Shown here in pieces: positions 51,775 to 64,000 of a stretch of 64,000 nucleotides of DNA. The DNA is from Yuukianura sp. NJ FZ-2021 (Eukaryota). The stretch lies in assembly GCA_046563655.1 (NCBI GenBank), contig CM102285.1:9548001-9612000 (forward strand), in the 5' to 3' direction. The position numbers and the translations under genes are program-made. The notes under the pieces were generated by a model. That model was given only the letters and a program-made list of their open reading frames with translations, was not told where the DNA came from and did not search any database. Numbering within the stretch: position 1 is the first letter of the stretch; the number at the start of each line of letters is the position of its first letter.

Positions 51775-52906
51775 AAATTCTAAAGAGTTTTAGTTTTAGC
51801 TTCTTTAATTCTGTTATTGCAAAATTTTGTAGTTCGTTCAAATTAGCTCTTGGTAGGCCAAGTTATTTTTTTCAATTTTCACTTTGTTATGTGCAATATT
51901 TACACAAAAGTCAGAGATGATGCTAGGTTGGAATTGTGCAATTTTAATTTAGAACCTATAGCATAATAGGTATTAAATACTTGAAAGATTTGCTTAGTAT
52001 GAATGCTATGGATCACTTTTCACTTGACTGTTCGAAATTTTGTACACAGTTCGAATCTTGTCACACTTATGAGAAGATTGGCTAAATTGGAAATTGGGAT
52101 TGGGTGGGACTGGGAGACGATGACGATAATGCTTGGGAAAGAACCATAAAATCAAGTTTGTTTAAGATTTATAATTTAATGTAAATAGTAAAATAAATAA
52201 ATCAATATTTTCTGTAATTATTATAGAAAATATATTTTCAAAAAAGTTGGCAAAAAAGTCTCTTTTCTAGATCTGCAAAAGTGTGGGTCCGCTCCGGTTT
52301 GAACGTTCCAAAAAAATATATTTTTTTCGCTAAAAAGGTTATAAGCTGAAAATAAAATAAGTTTTAATTACGTTTGGGACAAAAGTTAATGTTTTTCTTA
52401 ATAGGAAGGAAGGATCCCCCCTTCCCTTCATTTTCGAAAAGTTCAAAAACGACTAAAGTTCACAAACTGTAAAGAGAGGACCCTTCTCATTCAAACTTTT
52501 TTTGCGTAAAACGATTTAAAAAATGGCCTAAAACGCCGTAAAAATGACAGGGAAGAAAAAATCGAATTTACAGAGGTAATGCTTGGAAAAGAAGTGGGAG
52601 TGGGATCGGAAGAGCGAAGCGGAGAGTTAACGTGGATTACATGAACGGGAGTGTAGCAAAAGTGCCGACCTCTGCTATAACGGTAACTTGCGTGTTTTTG
52701 TTTACCTTTTTGACAACGTTGTTTTGTATTCCCGAGGACGAGACGAGAAGGAGATTGAAATTAATTTTTTGGAACGGACAGAGGTTAGTTTAGTTGGCTA
52801 ATTAATTCTTAAAATTAACTAATCAAATTAAACCTTTTGTCACGCGATACCTCAATAAAAGTGTCCCACCCAGGGCAGGGGTTAGACATTTATCATTTCC
52901 ATGATC

Positions 52907-52959
52907 GATCGTTTTGCAGTTGCAGACTGCAAGTTGCAGTCTGCAACTGCAAAACGATC
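52907..52959. repeat. Perfect 53-bp palindrome (26-bp arms, 1-nt centre)
   Basis: GATCGTTTTGCAGTTGCAGACTGCAA-G-TTGCAGTCTGCAACTGCAAAACGATC. Confidence 0.95.
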
Positions 52960-53020
52960 AAATTGCAGTTCAGGTACCGGTGTTTGCAGATTACGTGATT
53001 ATTATACTTTATGTTTAGAT

Positions 53021-54955
53021 ATGGCGACCAGGCGTAGCTTGCGTCTTCGCGTCTCGTCAGGAGCGTCGTCGGAAATGGCGCCCGCGCCCGATACTCCAAC
53101 TACGAGGGTCACACGTTCACGTACGTCGCAAAAGATCAACGAGACAAAAACACCGGAACCAGTGGCGAGTCCAATTCCGAAAGTCACGACGGAAAAGAAG
53201 AGACCAAGGCGTTCGAAACGTCAAGCGAAAGAAACCGACGATGAAGAGGAGAACGAAGAAGATGAATACGAAGGAGGCGTAAATAATGGTGGACGTCGAT
53301 TAGCAGAACCCCGTCAACCACGGCAATGTCCCATGCCTTGCAGAGAGTCACAATTCAATGATATTTCACAATTTTTGGAGAGTAATATTAGGTTTCAGAG
53401 CAGTGGGTAAGAGCATCCTATCAATCGCTTCATGGTTATTAATCCAAAAAAGTATTCGTTGACGCTTGTTACTATATTACAGGTGTTTGTACGTCAGCGG
53501 CGTCCCTGGAACTGGAAAAACAGCAATTGTGAAGGCAGTTATACAGGATTTCAAAGAGTATTATGCCAACAAGGAGGAAGTCATCAATGTAAACACATAC
53601 TGTAACGATTTGATTCCAGGAATTCGACGATTTGATATGGGATTAATTATTAATACGAATTTATTTTGTGTCCAATTCTAAGGTGATTTACATCAATGGA
53701 TTGACACTCAGCGCGCCAAATCGTATCTGGAAACGATTTTATAAAGAGCTCAATCCTAATTCGAAGATAAAGGCAAGACACACTCCAGATGTAGCGTATC
53801 AGAAATTGACTCTGTATTTTGAAAAGCAACATGATCCAATAATTCTCATCATCGACGAGGTTCGTATCATCCATATACTTTGTAGAATTACGCGTTCTCT
53901 TCTAAATTCCCAAATTCACTATACAGCTGGATCAAATTCTGGACAAACAGCAATCCATTTTATATCGTCTACTAGATTGGTCAAATCACCCTAAAAATGT
54001 CTTCTCGCTTATCTGCATCTTCAACACAATGCATCTTCCGGAAAGTATTCTCACTGCAAAAAATGCGTCACGCATGGCAAGACTCCGATTTTAAACTGTC
54101 AAACAACTTGAGTATTCTGTTTGTTATGTTAGTTTCTGAACAATCACAGGGTATGACAAGATGTGCCTTCCCACCATACACCCATGAAGAACTTGCAACA
54201 ATTGTAAGACGATCATTAGGAGATACGGATTCCAAAAGACTGAATGAGGCCCTTACACTTTTGTCTAGAAAAGTAGCGGCCATTTCTGGTATTAAGTTAA
54301 TCATTTTGGTTTTGAGTGTGTGATGAAATGTAAAATTCTAAATTGATTGCAGGAGATGCCAGACGAGCCCTTGAAATTGCAAAACGTACATTGGAGATCA
54401 TGAACAACAATGACCAAGGCAGAAAAAGTGCCTCTGCCGTCGACGCTGTTGCTGTGGCCTTCACAGAACTTTTTTCTTCACCAAAAATTGAAGCAATCCG
54501 GTAACGCAAAGCTGTTTAACTACGCAGCGCCGCAGACGCTTTAAGTTTGGTCAACATAAATTAATTGTGGACTGAATTTTATATTACTACAGACAATGCT
54601 CAGATATGGAAAAATTGGTTCTCCAATCTATAATGGGGGAACTGCAGACATCGGGATCCGAAGAAACCAAAGTTGTAAATGTCGCCAATAACACAATTGC
54701 AAGGGCGCGAGATGAAGGCAACAATAATTAATTCGCATTTCAAGCACACGAAGTTAAAGAACTTGATTTTAAAAATCCATCTTTCATTTTGTTCCAGGAT
54801 TTGAAATTTCGGGAGATCAAGTATTTCATATTCTAAAGAATCTTTTCCAGTCCAAATTGATCTTTATGGAGCACAACGTAACGTCTTTGTACAACCGAAT
54901 TTTATTGAACGTCGCTTCCACTGACATTCAATATGCCCTAGGCGCAGCCGATTAA
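53021..54955 (+). CDS. Orc1: ORC1-like AAA+ ATPase (ORC1/CDC6 family) with a short N-terminus and no BAH domain
   Basis: PCRESQF; CLYVSGVPGTGKT (Walker A); ILIIDELD (Walker B); NTMHLPE; SRMGMTR..FPPYTHEEL; RKVAAISGDARRAL; C-terminal LLNVASTDIQYAL, which is ORC1-type rather than CDC6-type. Confidence 0.8.
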
Positions 54956-55136
54956 GTCTATAAATGTCCAAGAAGTTTTTAGCATCGAAAGGAACTCATG
55001 CCACCGTGTTTTAAATTCGAATTTAAAAAAATATTCTTAATGAGACCAATAATTGTAGTGTAAGTGTGTGCACAAGAAAGATTTTAATTTATGTAGCACA
55101 GGTACAAGATTTGTATTTGAAACAATCTTTATATTT

Positions 55137-58100
55137 TTACTTAACTTTTGTAATAACTCCAGCAGCTACTGTAACTCCGTTGGACCTCAAAGAAAAACGT
55201 CCCAACTCCTTCACATCCCTATTTAATTACAAAACCAATATTCATTTCAACTCAATAAGTTACATTACGAATTCATAAAGACATTATGTACTGGTCTTAC
55301 TTGAATTCTTCCACACAAACTGGCTTTGAAGTCTCCAGTACAACGAGTCCGTTTGAATTCTTGCCCAAAAACCGTGGTTTGGCTTTGATGACCTCTCCGG
55401 TTCCTTTGTTAAGCTGACTAATTAGTTGTGTGACTACAACTTGCTCTGAAACTGAGCCCAAATGCATCACACCCGTGAATCCTTTCATAATAGGGATGGT
55501 CATGGCGTCAAAAGTAACCAGACGTGCTTGAAACTTGGATGTTACGGTGCAGGGATAGTTGATGTCACTCAGAACGTCACCAATACAGATCACGGTAGCA
55601 TCTGACAAGCCTTGTAACGTCACCATAACTGGATCTCCAGCGAACGCAATTGGACCCAGTGCTTCCTCCATTGACAGATCTGAAACAAGTTAATGCATTT
55701 TAAGAATTGCCATTTAAGATTGGTTTGAATTGTTGTAGTTTTAATTGTAAAATTACTTTTAACTGTTGCCACTTCTCCAATTGGTTGAACGAGAACTTTA
55801 TCTCCAGCTTGCAGCATCCCAGTTTCAATTCTCCCAGCGACACAAAGACCGCCGGATCCTTTGAATACGTCGTTGATCGTAAGACGAAGTGGTTTTCCGA
55901 TCGGCCGTTCCGGAGGTCTAAATGTATCTAAAAAGTATGAATTTTGTTAGATTTTGTTTAAAACTTTTCCCTTTCGCTGCGTCAATTTACCGATTGCCTC
56001 AATGAGCGATGGCCCCGAGTACCAAGAGGTTAGAGCAGGTTCTTTGGATTTCGTAGCTAAGTTCTCCCCCAGAAGGCCACTGCATGGGATAAATCGAATG
56101 TCACTTTCGCGAAAACCAGCATTTCTGACCAGGAACGTTGTCAACTTGGTTTTGATCTCTTCAAATCTATTCTGTGACCATCCTACTGTATCCAACCTGC
56201 ACCAAAAGAAACAAAAATTAACACTGTGCATTTCTGGACAACTTTTGTATAACTTTACTTGTTGACTGCCACGGTCAGCTGGTTGACTCCTAACGACCGG
56301 ACCAAGAGAGCATGTTCTCTCGTTTGACCTCCAGACTCAAACCCAGTTTCAAATTCTCCAGTTGTCGAATCCACTACTAAAATGGCCACATCCGCCTGTG
56401 ATGCTCCAGTAATCATGTTGGGAATAAAATCCTTGTGTCCAGGAGCATCCAAAAGAACAACTGATTTTGTTTCCGTCTCAAATCTAGACTGCCCAACGTC
56501 CATCGTGATCCCACGATTTCTAAAAATTGAAAATTTGTTAAAATGTAAAAACCAAAAAAATTCTTTAAATCGAGTTCGTTTTTTAAATCTGACTTCAGCA
56601 CCTTTCTTCACCAGTTTCATCCAGAACCCAAGCGTAGACAAATGATTGTTTCCCCAGTTTTTTGGATTCCTGCTCGTACTTATGCATAACTTTCTTGGAT
56701 ACTTGTCCTAACTGCCAGAGAACGTGACCTTCAAATAAACGAAAGATGTTAGAAGAAATGCCACAGTTCAAGGCAAGTGAAATTTCAATTCAACGTCCTA
56801 ATTGTAAGATTTTACCCATTAAAGTGCTCTTCCCAGCATCTACATGTCCAATAACCAGTAGATTGATTAGTTGTTTCGCGTTACTCCTTTCCTTCGAATA
56901 TTCTTTCTGAGCTATTTCCGGTTTGAACTCTTTGACCCTATAAGAACAGAAACAAACCTTTAGAATACTGTTGAATTTAATAGTCATAAGTTAAGCTAAC
57001 TTGGAATTCGATGCTTTTTGTGGTTCTTCCTTTTTGTCTTCCGTAAACGGTGGAATTGGAGAAGGTGCCGTACTGCTTCCTCTGGAATCAGACGAATCTG
57101 CTGACTTGTCTTTCGATGGAAGGTCAAATCCCAAAGTTACGCTTGCCTTGGCGGCAGGACGTGATTGTGCTGGTTTTGGAATCGTTGTGGCCGCTCGTAC
57201 CGGTCGCGGCTCTGCAGCAGTGATTTTCGGCGCAGGTCCCTGCTGGCTTGAAATTTTGGATTCATTGAAAATTGGCTTTGCGTTTCCACCTCCTTGGTCT
57301 CCTGAATCAAAGGAAGTCAAATCTGCAAAGTTAAAACTCAAATTCATTGAAAAACTGTTAGACAAATCCGAAAAATTTAAAACTTTAATATTATTTAGAA
57401 TTCATGTTAAAATTCATAAAATATTTAAATGTAAACTCAAAGAGTTATTAAATCACTCTTCAAGTTTACTATTTATTTAATGACAACTGTCGGATAAAAT
57501 AAATAATATAGAAATTCAATCATTAAAACTTGAGAAAATTCAACCAATCCAAACATTCCCTGAAATACACAATTCGAGCCAATCCGTTGTTATCCAAAGT
57601 ACTGAGCATCCTTTGCTCGTGGTCGCTGATATCCCGTAGGCTGATTTCCCAGGCCCATTCGCACCATTGCATCAGGCGATGGTGTTTCAAATTTGAAAAC
57701 GTTTTCGCTAAATTCACCCTCAAGCATTGACCAGACATTACGATAAGGTGAATTTTTCAATTCATTGCTGTTTCGCCGTCCATCAATAGCTTGCATTTGG
57801 TTCGGGCATGCGATTCGATTGCCGAGATGCGATGGAAGTTTCAGCAATTTCATGTCGACGGTTTGATGTGTTGGCGGAATTGGTAGCTGAATGAATCGAC
57901 GTTTACTTGAAACCAGATTTGGCGGAGTAGTATTCAGTTGTGACTTGGGAACCGGAATTTCTGCCTTAGCAGCAGCGACTGGATTCACAGGGATCAGTGT
58001 AGCTTGAACCGATGGTGATACAGCAAGTACCGGTTTCGTACCCGGGAAAAGGGAAACGGCAGGCTTCTTCTGGGCAGGATTGAAGAACAGCGGTTTCTGA

Positions 58101-59339
58101 GCCGCCAACAGAAGGTTCGGTGAAGGCTTTGATGATGGAGACGGTTGCCCCACAGTGTTATTACTTTTGAGAATACTTATAGGAGCAATGAGCGGCTTGG
58201 TTAGTAGAGTATTTGGAAGCACATGCTTGTGGATACCGTTGAGTGTAGATCCGACCTGACCATTCCTCGGGAGGGAAAGCTTGGTTGGTTGCGCAGAGAC
58301 CGAGTTTTCAGAATTCGTTCCGTTCACTTTCTCGAAGTGTTCTTTCACCAGCCGATCATACTCACATTCAGGTTGATGAGTGGCACTAGTCTTACTAATC
58401 GTATTATTTAATTTCAAAACATTCTCATCTTACCTTATCAAATTATCAGGAATCCAAGGCAATTTTTTGGAAAGAGAAAATTAGCGTTCATTACAATCAA
58501 GGTTAGAAGATACGCGAATCCGATCGAGGGAGAAAACAATAAAAAAAAGCAAGTTAGTATTCTATAATTGCTCAGAAAAGACAAGTTAAAATACCTTTTT
58601 TGACGGGCACATCACTGAGCTTCAATTTCTTGACTATAAACAAAAGATTCGTACAAATTCGGAATAAAGTCCAACTCTGGAAACGTAAAGTTAGCTAGGA
58701 TTACCTTCAGTCTCTTCTGCTTGAGGACTTGAACCGGACAACACAGCGTCCAGTGCTCTCTCTGTATTAAACTTGAATCGAAGAATTTGTGCGATTATAA
58801 TTGAGTCTGGAACGGAGTCTCCTACAACATCATGTATCGCGTCCATGCAGGATCTGAGTAAAATCTCTTCCTCGGGCACCAAATCTGCCACCGCTGTTTC
58901 CAACGTCATTGACCCAAACTTGCTCCGAGTTCGTTCAACTTCTTTATTGGAGTCATCTGTTGGCTCTTCAGGAATATCCTCCCCTGGGAAGAACGCCGAC
59001 ATGGCACTAGTCTTAGACCGATCAAACATGTAGTGCGACACTGTATCACAGAATTTCATTAAGTTCAACGTAGCATAACCATCACCCTGACAAATGTGTC
59101 TAGAATATTTTCCGAATCTCACCACTGGGACTGACGCAGTAGTCGTCTTCAACGGAATGCCCGTAAACATCGTTATAGCCTTCGTAGTCTGAAAAGTGAA
59201 CCAAAGCAATATAATTCCTTAAGAATAGCAATTTTGTCCAATTCCGAACATGACTAAATCTATCACCCATTCTTTCATTACAAACTTTAACCTTACCATC
59301 ATCATAGTTCATAGTTCGGACGTTCCGATGTCTCGCCAT
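55137..59339 (-). CDS. HBS1: HBS1-like translational GTPase (long isoform)
   Basis: N-terminal [14 protein letters not shown]...[71 protein letters not shown]-terminal [19 protein letters not shown]. Confidence 0.93.
57590..58417 (-). CDS. Putative alternative terminal exon of HBS1 encoding a Ski7-like (HBS1LV3-type) isoform
   Basis: 275-codon Pro/Ser/Lys-rich ORF inside an HBS1 intron on the same strand, ending in [12 protein letters not shown] and followed by AATAAA-like AT-rich sequence. The splice acceptor could not be pinned down. Confidence 0.7.
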   Translation of the reverse strand: MKLNNTISKTSATHQPECEYDRLVKEHFEKVNGTNSENSVSAQPTKLSLPRNGQVGSTLNGIHKHVLPNTLLTKPLIAPISILKSNNTVGQPSPSSKPSPNLLLAAQKPLFFNPAQKKPAVSLFPGTKPVLAVSPSVQATLIPVNPVAAAKAEIPVPKSQLNTTPPNLVSSKRRFIQLPIPPTHQTVDMKLLKLPSHLGNRIACPNQMQAIDGRRNSNELKNSPYRNVWSMLEGEFSENVFKFETPSPDAMVRMGLGNQPTGYQRPRAKDAQYFG

Positions 59340-60262
59340 GATTAAATTCAATTGTAAAGGATAGCTCAGTTGACAAATCCAGAACAAGACAAACGTCAAG
59401 TGTATAACAAAGAAACTGATTCGCGTTTTTACTTCTCGTTGTAACAGAAGCGTACGATTACAGCAAGAGCAAGACTTCTATAACTAACGGGACTTCGATT
59501 TAGAATCTGGAACAGAACAGCTGATTAACGGATTTCCTTCCTTATAAGTTATAAACGTACACATATCGTTCGTGTTGAATCGAATTACTCATTACGTACC
59601 TGATAAGTGACGACGTGGAACCTTTATTTCCATAAACTTGACTCTTCTTCTACTGAAAACTAAAATTTGGCAAAAATTTAAAAAACCTGATTCAAATTTA
59701 GGTTTTGAAGGTCAAAAACAACATAAGGCCTCAGGCGGAAATAAAAACAAAAACACTACAGGGTCTCACACATATGGGCAAATTCGTCGACAAATTCGCA
59801 ATAACTATTGTAACTCCTAAGCTCGTAGGTAGAGTTAAAATGTTTACATTTACTCGTTATAAAAATGAACTAATTCGTTATATTAACAATCGTTCCATTA
59901 ATTAATTCTGAGCTAAAGCCTGCCTTTAATTCAAGGTACGTCCACTTTCATTTATCACACTGTTTGGGAGCGTTTAATAGTTCGTAAAATCCCATTTTCA
60001 CGTTTCAATTTACTATACAGGCTGTATAGTAAATGGAACCTTGCTTCAACGTTAAAACAAAAAATTTTCAAAAAAAAAATCAATTAAAATATTAATTTGA
60101 AATTCATGTAATTTTTCATTCATTAATTTACTGTTACTGCTCTGTGTATGAGATGCTATGATGTGATCGGGAATGACTGTCTCTCTGAGATTCTAAATGC
60201 CATGATTTGAGAATGGCTTAAATGATAATTTGAGAGTACAATTTTTTAACAGTTGTAAAACG

Positions 60263-61500
60263 TTAAGATTTGTCTCTTGTACTAGATTCATACTTCCGAT
60301 AGTATTGCTTCAATTGATCCCAGAAAACTAGTGAAAGTAGTGTATGCGGTCCCAGTCGGAAGTAACTGGCGGTCCATCCTTTAAAGAATCCTTGAAATCC
60401 TTCCTTCCGCCATACTTTTCCAGCGCAATCAAAAACGGAAGAGTACAGAGTGCCTTTTCCAAGGGCATCAACACTTTGGTTATAAAACCTAATTGAGATG
60501 AGGTCAAATGGTGCAATGGCCACTGACACAAAGAATCCAGAAACAAGACTAGCTGCTAGAGCACTTATCCAACCAGTGCTGTCACGGAGTGGACTGTAAG
60601 TACTTGTCCGCACAAATTCTAAAACAAATTAAAACGTTAAGTTGATCAGAGAAATCGGGTGTTTCGGAATCATTCGGCAAGTTTACCCAGAGATTTTTCA
60701 AATGTTGACAACTGAACAGCAGACGCCACAACGACTCGTGGTATTGCGCTGGTCATACCGCGGTAGAGACCGGTGATTCCATGCTTAGCGTAAATGGACT
60801 TCAGTGCGACTCCCATTCGGCGATGTTCATGTTGATGACCAACGGCAATCGACGCTTCGTTTGCCAAGGACTGCAAATGCGTCTTCACCTGAAATTTGAA
60901 CATTGTGTGTTTTGGAATTTCAAATTTTTTTGGATCTTTGACGAATGGTTTTGTAATACATACCAGAAAAAATGGAGATCCGATGACAGCTCCAATGCCT
61001 CCAGAGAAAGATGCTACTGCCGCGCTTCTTATAAACGTCGTATCTCCTTTTCTGTTTTTCGTAAATCCCCGCTTATGTAGCCAGTCGTACAATCCCAGTC
61101 GAGTGCCATTCATGATCAGTTGATACCACAGGGCTGGAACGAGTCCCTTCTGCAGCGCCAAAATTCCATCTTTCCTCGCCACGGTATACGCTGCATGGAA
61201 AACGTTCCTAGTCGATTTTCAAAAATAAAAACAAACTCAATTTTAAAATTCATTCCTGCTAAACTTTCAGTTCCACCTTCCGGTATACTTAATTGGTCAT
61301 ACAGTCTTCAGAAAATTACATGTAATGTGTCTAAAAGTGTGGTTTTAGAAAATTTGTTTTTTAGCGTACCTGTAGTGTACGGCATATTTTCCTTTAGATT
61401 TTAATTCTCCTTGCAATTGCATCCGAATTTTGACAACTTCCAGAGGATTACTAAAAAATCCAGCGCCGACTGCCGCCATTCCTCCTAATAGTAACTCCAT
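60263..61500 (-). CDS. SLC25A35: Mitochondrial carrier, SLC25A34/35 (Oac1-like) subfamily
   Basis: [99 protein letters not shown]. Confidence 0.88.
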
Positions 61501-62706
61501 TTTTATATTTATGTACCTTATTTAAGGCTCTACTTTCTTATAGGGCTTATAAACTTTCCAAAATACTACTCATTTCAAAACCAAAATTTTGGAAAATGTT
61601 GTACTATCGAAAATAGGAACTTTGGATATTATTTGTGCCTAGACATAAATTACAGCCGCTTCAAAACAAGTCCTTGTTACGGAATATCACATCTTCATAT
61701 CCAGTAGCCTTTAGACTTTAAGCTTAACTCTTTAATTATCACGTTATATTAATTCCATGCGTAAGTCTTGTGCAGCTAACATCTGCCTATTGACACTACA
61801 TTAACTAAACTAAAATGGTATAGCACTCCCATTTGTGGGGGACAACAGCAGGTCTTGGATGATGAACTGTAAGAAGTAATTAAGTAAATTAAATCCTAAT
61901 GCTAATACTATTAAAATCTTGCTTTCACTTTTAGAGAATCACATGATGTGTTGCAACAGAAATATTTTTTGGGAAGGATACCGAGAAGTTAATTTGCAAA
62001 AGTTTATTTTCACAAATTCAACTTTAATAATTTTCTACTTCATTACAGAACTCAAATTTTACCAATGTGAAAATTCAAAATTCCTTTCCTGAACTTTCCT
62101 TTCCCAAATAAGTAAAAACTTATTGCAGGATACAAAGGGCCAACGTTAACATTAGTAAGGTTAAGTGGTGAAAGTTGTGTATAACTTCTGTATAAAAAAA
62201 TATGTAGCATATTAACAACTTATTTTTATTTTCGGTTTTGGTTTTAGAAAGCAAATTTATTAGTGTATTTCATAGCTCGTGTGGTATCGTTTGTAATTTT
62301 TATAACAATTTAGATTTTTTTTACAGTTTTTAAAAAATGTAGTTCACGAAACATTTTTTGAACGGGAGTTTTTACTACCGAAATACTTACGATATTTAGT
62401 ATACTTGATTCCACATTCTTTGAAAATTTGTTCAGAAACATCATTGAATCCCATGCTCAACCTAGTTTTGTCAATACCGGTTGCGTTTTTGGCAGATTAG
62501 ACACTGCGGATATTGGACGTTGATTCCCATAAGGTAACGTAGTACCCTAACCTTTTAAGCTAAATTAAACTTCTAGTTTCAAATAAACTCTAGTTAGGAA
62601 TTTCGATTCCTGATTTAAATTGTAAAGTAAACTCAGGTTAATGTAAAGTTAAATATTTACTAAATCATAGTAAAACCATCAAGTTGTTTTGTCCAAGATT
62701 CCGACA

Positions 62707-63242
62707 ATGCCGACATGCACACAAAGGGGATTTTCTATTAGTTCGTGGGAAACCAAGTACTTGAAATGCCGTTACCGAGCTCACAGAAACAAGGTGATTG
62801 ATTGAACAAAATTTGAAAAGTTCTAAAAAAATGAAATTCGAGTAGAAACAGAAACTATTTTTGTTGAAACCAAATCTTTGAGCAGATTGCTTCGGCAAAA
62901 CCAGCCATCGACTCATTACCACCAGCGACCAGGCCACATGTTGAATTCAATGGAAAAAAGATTTTGGAAGAAGAATTACGACAAGTATGCATTCTACAAG
63001 AAAATTTGAGACTTGTGTCCAAAACGACATCAATTATGGGTCCAAGTTCAACCAAAACCATGTCAAGGTCAAAGGTCAAATGGGTTGGCTCTGAGGATCA
63101 AGATCACCCTATGCGTCCAGTAGCAGCATCTTCCAAGCGTTCAATTTCAAAAGCCATGAAGAAAAGTGACCATGTCGTTTTGGCTTGGTTTCTTCGTAAA
63201 TTTCAAAAGTATATCCCATGGTGGGCTCAAGTCAATTACTAA
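62707..63242 (+). CDS. Small CFAP97/KIAA1430 (hemingway)-domain protein, two exons
   Basis: Exon 62707-62793 (MPTCTQRGFSISSWETKYLKCRYRAHRNK) splices in frame (GT-AG) to 62886-63242 (IASAKPAIDSLPPATRPHVEFNGKKILEEELRQVCILQENLRLVSKTTSIM...). This matches from memory the CFAP97D-type pattern YxxHRxKxxxAxPxIDxxxP...KK...EE.R...I..EN..L..K...IM. Confidence 0.65.
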
Positions 63243-64000
63243 ACTACTCTATGATTAACTCTGGTAATTCGTGTAATTCATTGCATAATTTACACAATTT
63301 ATGGTAAAATGTTAAGCTTGTTAATGTTACTGAAGTAATTGGAAAGGGAACCACCTTGGTATTGACATTTATGAACTTTTCCTTGACTACAGTTTCACTT
63401 TTAGTGCAACTTTCTGGGACAACTTGACCCTGTCAGAGTGTCATTGGCCAACAACCTAACTCGAATCAGTCAAAAATTATGAAAAGTGCGTGTGCCATTA
63501 TGCGAATGAATTTGATGTACGTCACGGCGTGTGTTGAGAAGACTTTGACCCATTTTTAACGTTTCCATCGATTTCCTATAGAGCTTTAGAAATGCACTAC
63601 TTTGAAAAACGTTGCGTTCGTTTCCTGGTGGGCTTTAGACGCACCGTGTCCATTCAAGTATCTTCGCCACGTGCCTGTTCCACATCCAGAGAATACTTTA
63701 GAACCATTTCTAGGCCAAGTCCTCATTTTGTTCCTAACTTTGTTCACGCAGTTCCTAAACAAAAGTGTCAAGAGTGCTTCCTACTTTATGTTCAGTCAGT
63801 TCCTCAAAGGTCACGCACAGGCACAATTGACTCCAACTAATGTGGCTTACTAGTTTATTAGCAACGTCTAATAAAATTATTGCTTAAACATTGTTTCCAT
63901 CCTTCCAAATATGTTCATTTTCTTGCGCATGGAGATTTTCTAAAAATGATATTCTGAAATATTTTCAATTACTTTTGTATTTCAATAGATTTTGGTAATT

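Noticed and set aside
52901..53020. N-terminal extension of the ORC1-like ORF (MIDRFAVADC...)
   Set aside because: It runs through a perfect palindrome and ends at a TTTAG acceptor-like site just before ATG 53021, so it is more likely intron or UTR.
60008..60034. 13-bp-arm palindrome ATTTACTATACAG-G-CTGTATAGTAAAT
   Set aside because: Short, AT-rich and isolated; no further evidence of function.
63586..63853. Overlapping short ORFs near the window end
   Set aside because: No recognisable motif or convincing splice structure.

Overview
AT-rich, intron-dense eukaryotic DNA, most likely from an arthropod (hexapod-like; inferred from ZAD-like domains and short introns). Positions 1-11.4 kb hold five tandem minus-strand trypsin-family genes, one of them a non-catalytic homologue (GDHGG). 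Positions 12.6-51.8 kb hold the main novelty: six co-oriented, 8-exon paralogues that fuse an N-terminal ZAD (zf-AD)-like C4 zinc domain to a full piggyBac transposase (DDD core plus C-terminal cysteine-rich domain). I saw no terminal inverted repeats. The copies share intron positions, an upstream sequence module and a 3' UTR GTGCAATA (miR-92-family seed) site. Copies 3 and 5 are intact with a full catalytic triad, copies 4 and 6 are intact ORFs with substituted catalytic aspartates, and copies 1 and 2 carry frameshifts. A gap-bounded block (17.5-26.9 kb) with a spectraplakin (shot-like) fragment and a 5-kb 19-bp palindromic satellite interrupts the array and is probably a scaffolding insertion. 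A DINE-1/HINE-like element lies between copies 3 and 4. The right end has a BAH-less ORC1-like gene, HBS1 with a Ski7-like alternative exon, an SLC25A35-like carrier and a CFAP97-domain gene. All calls come from reading the sequence; no database searches were run.
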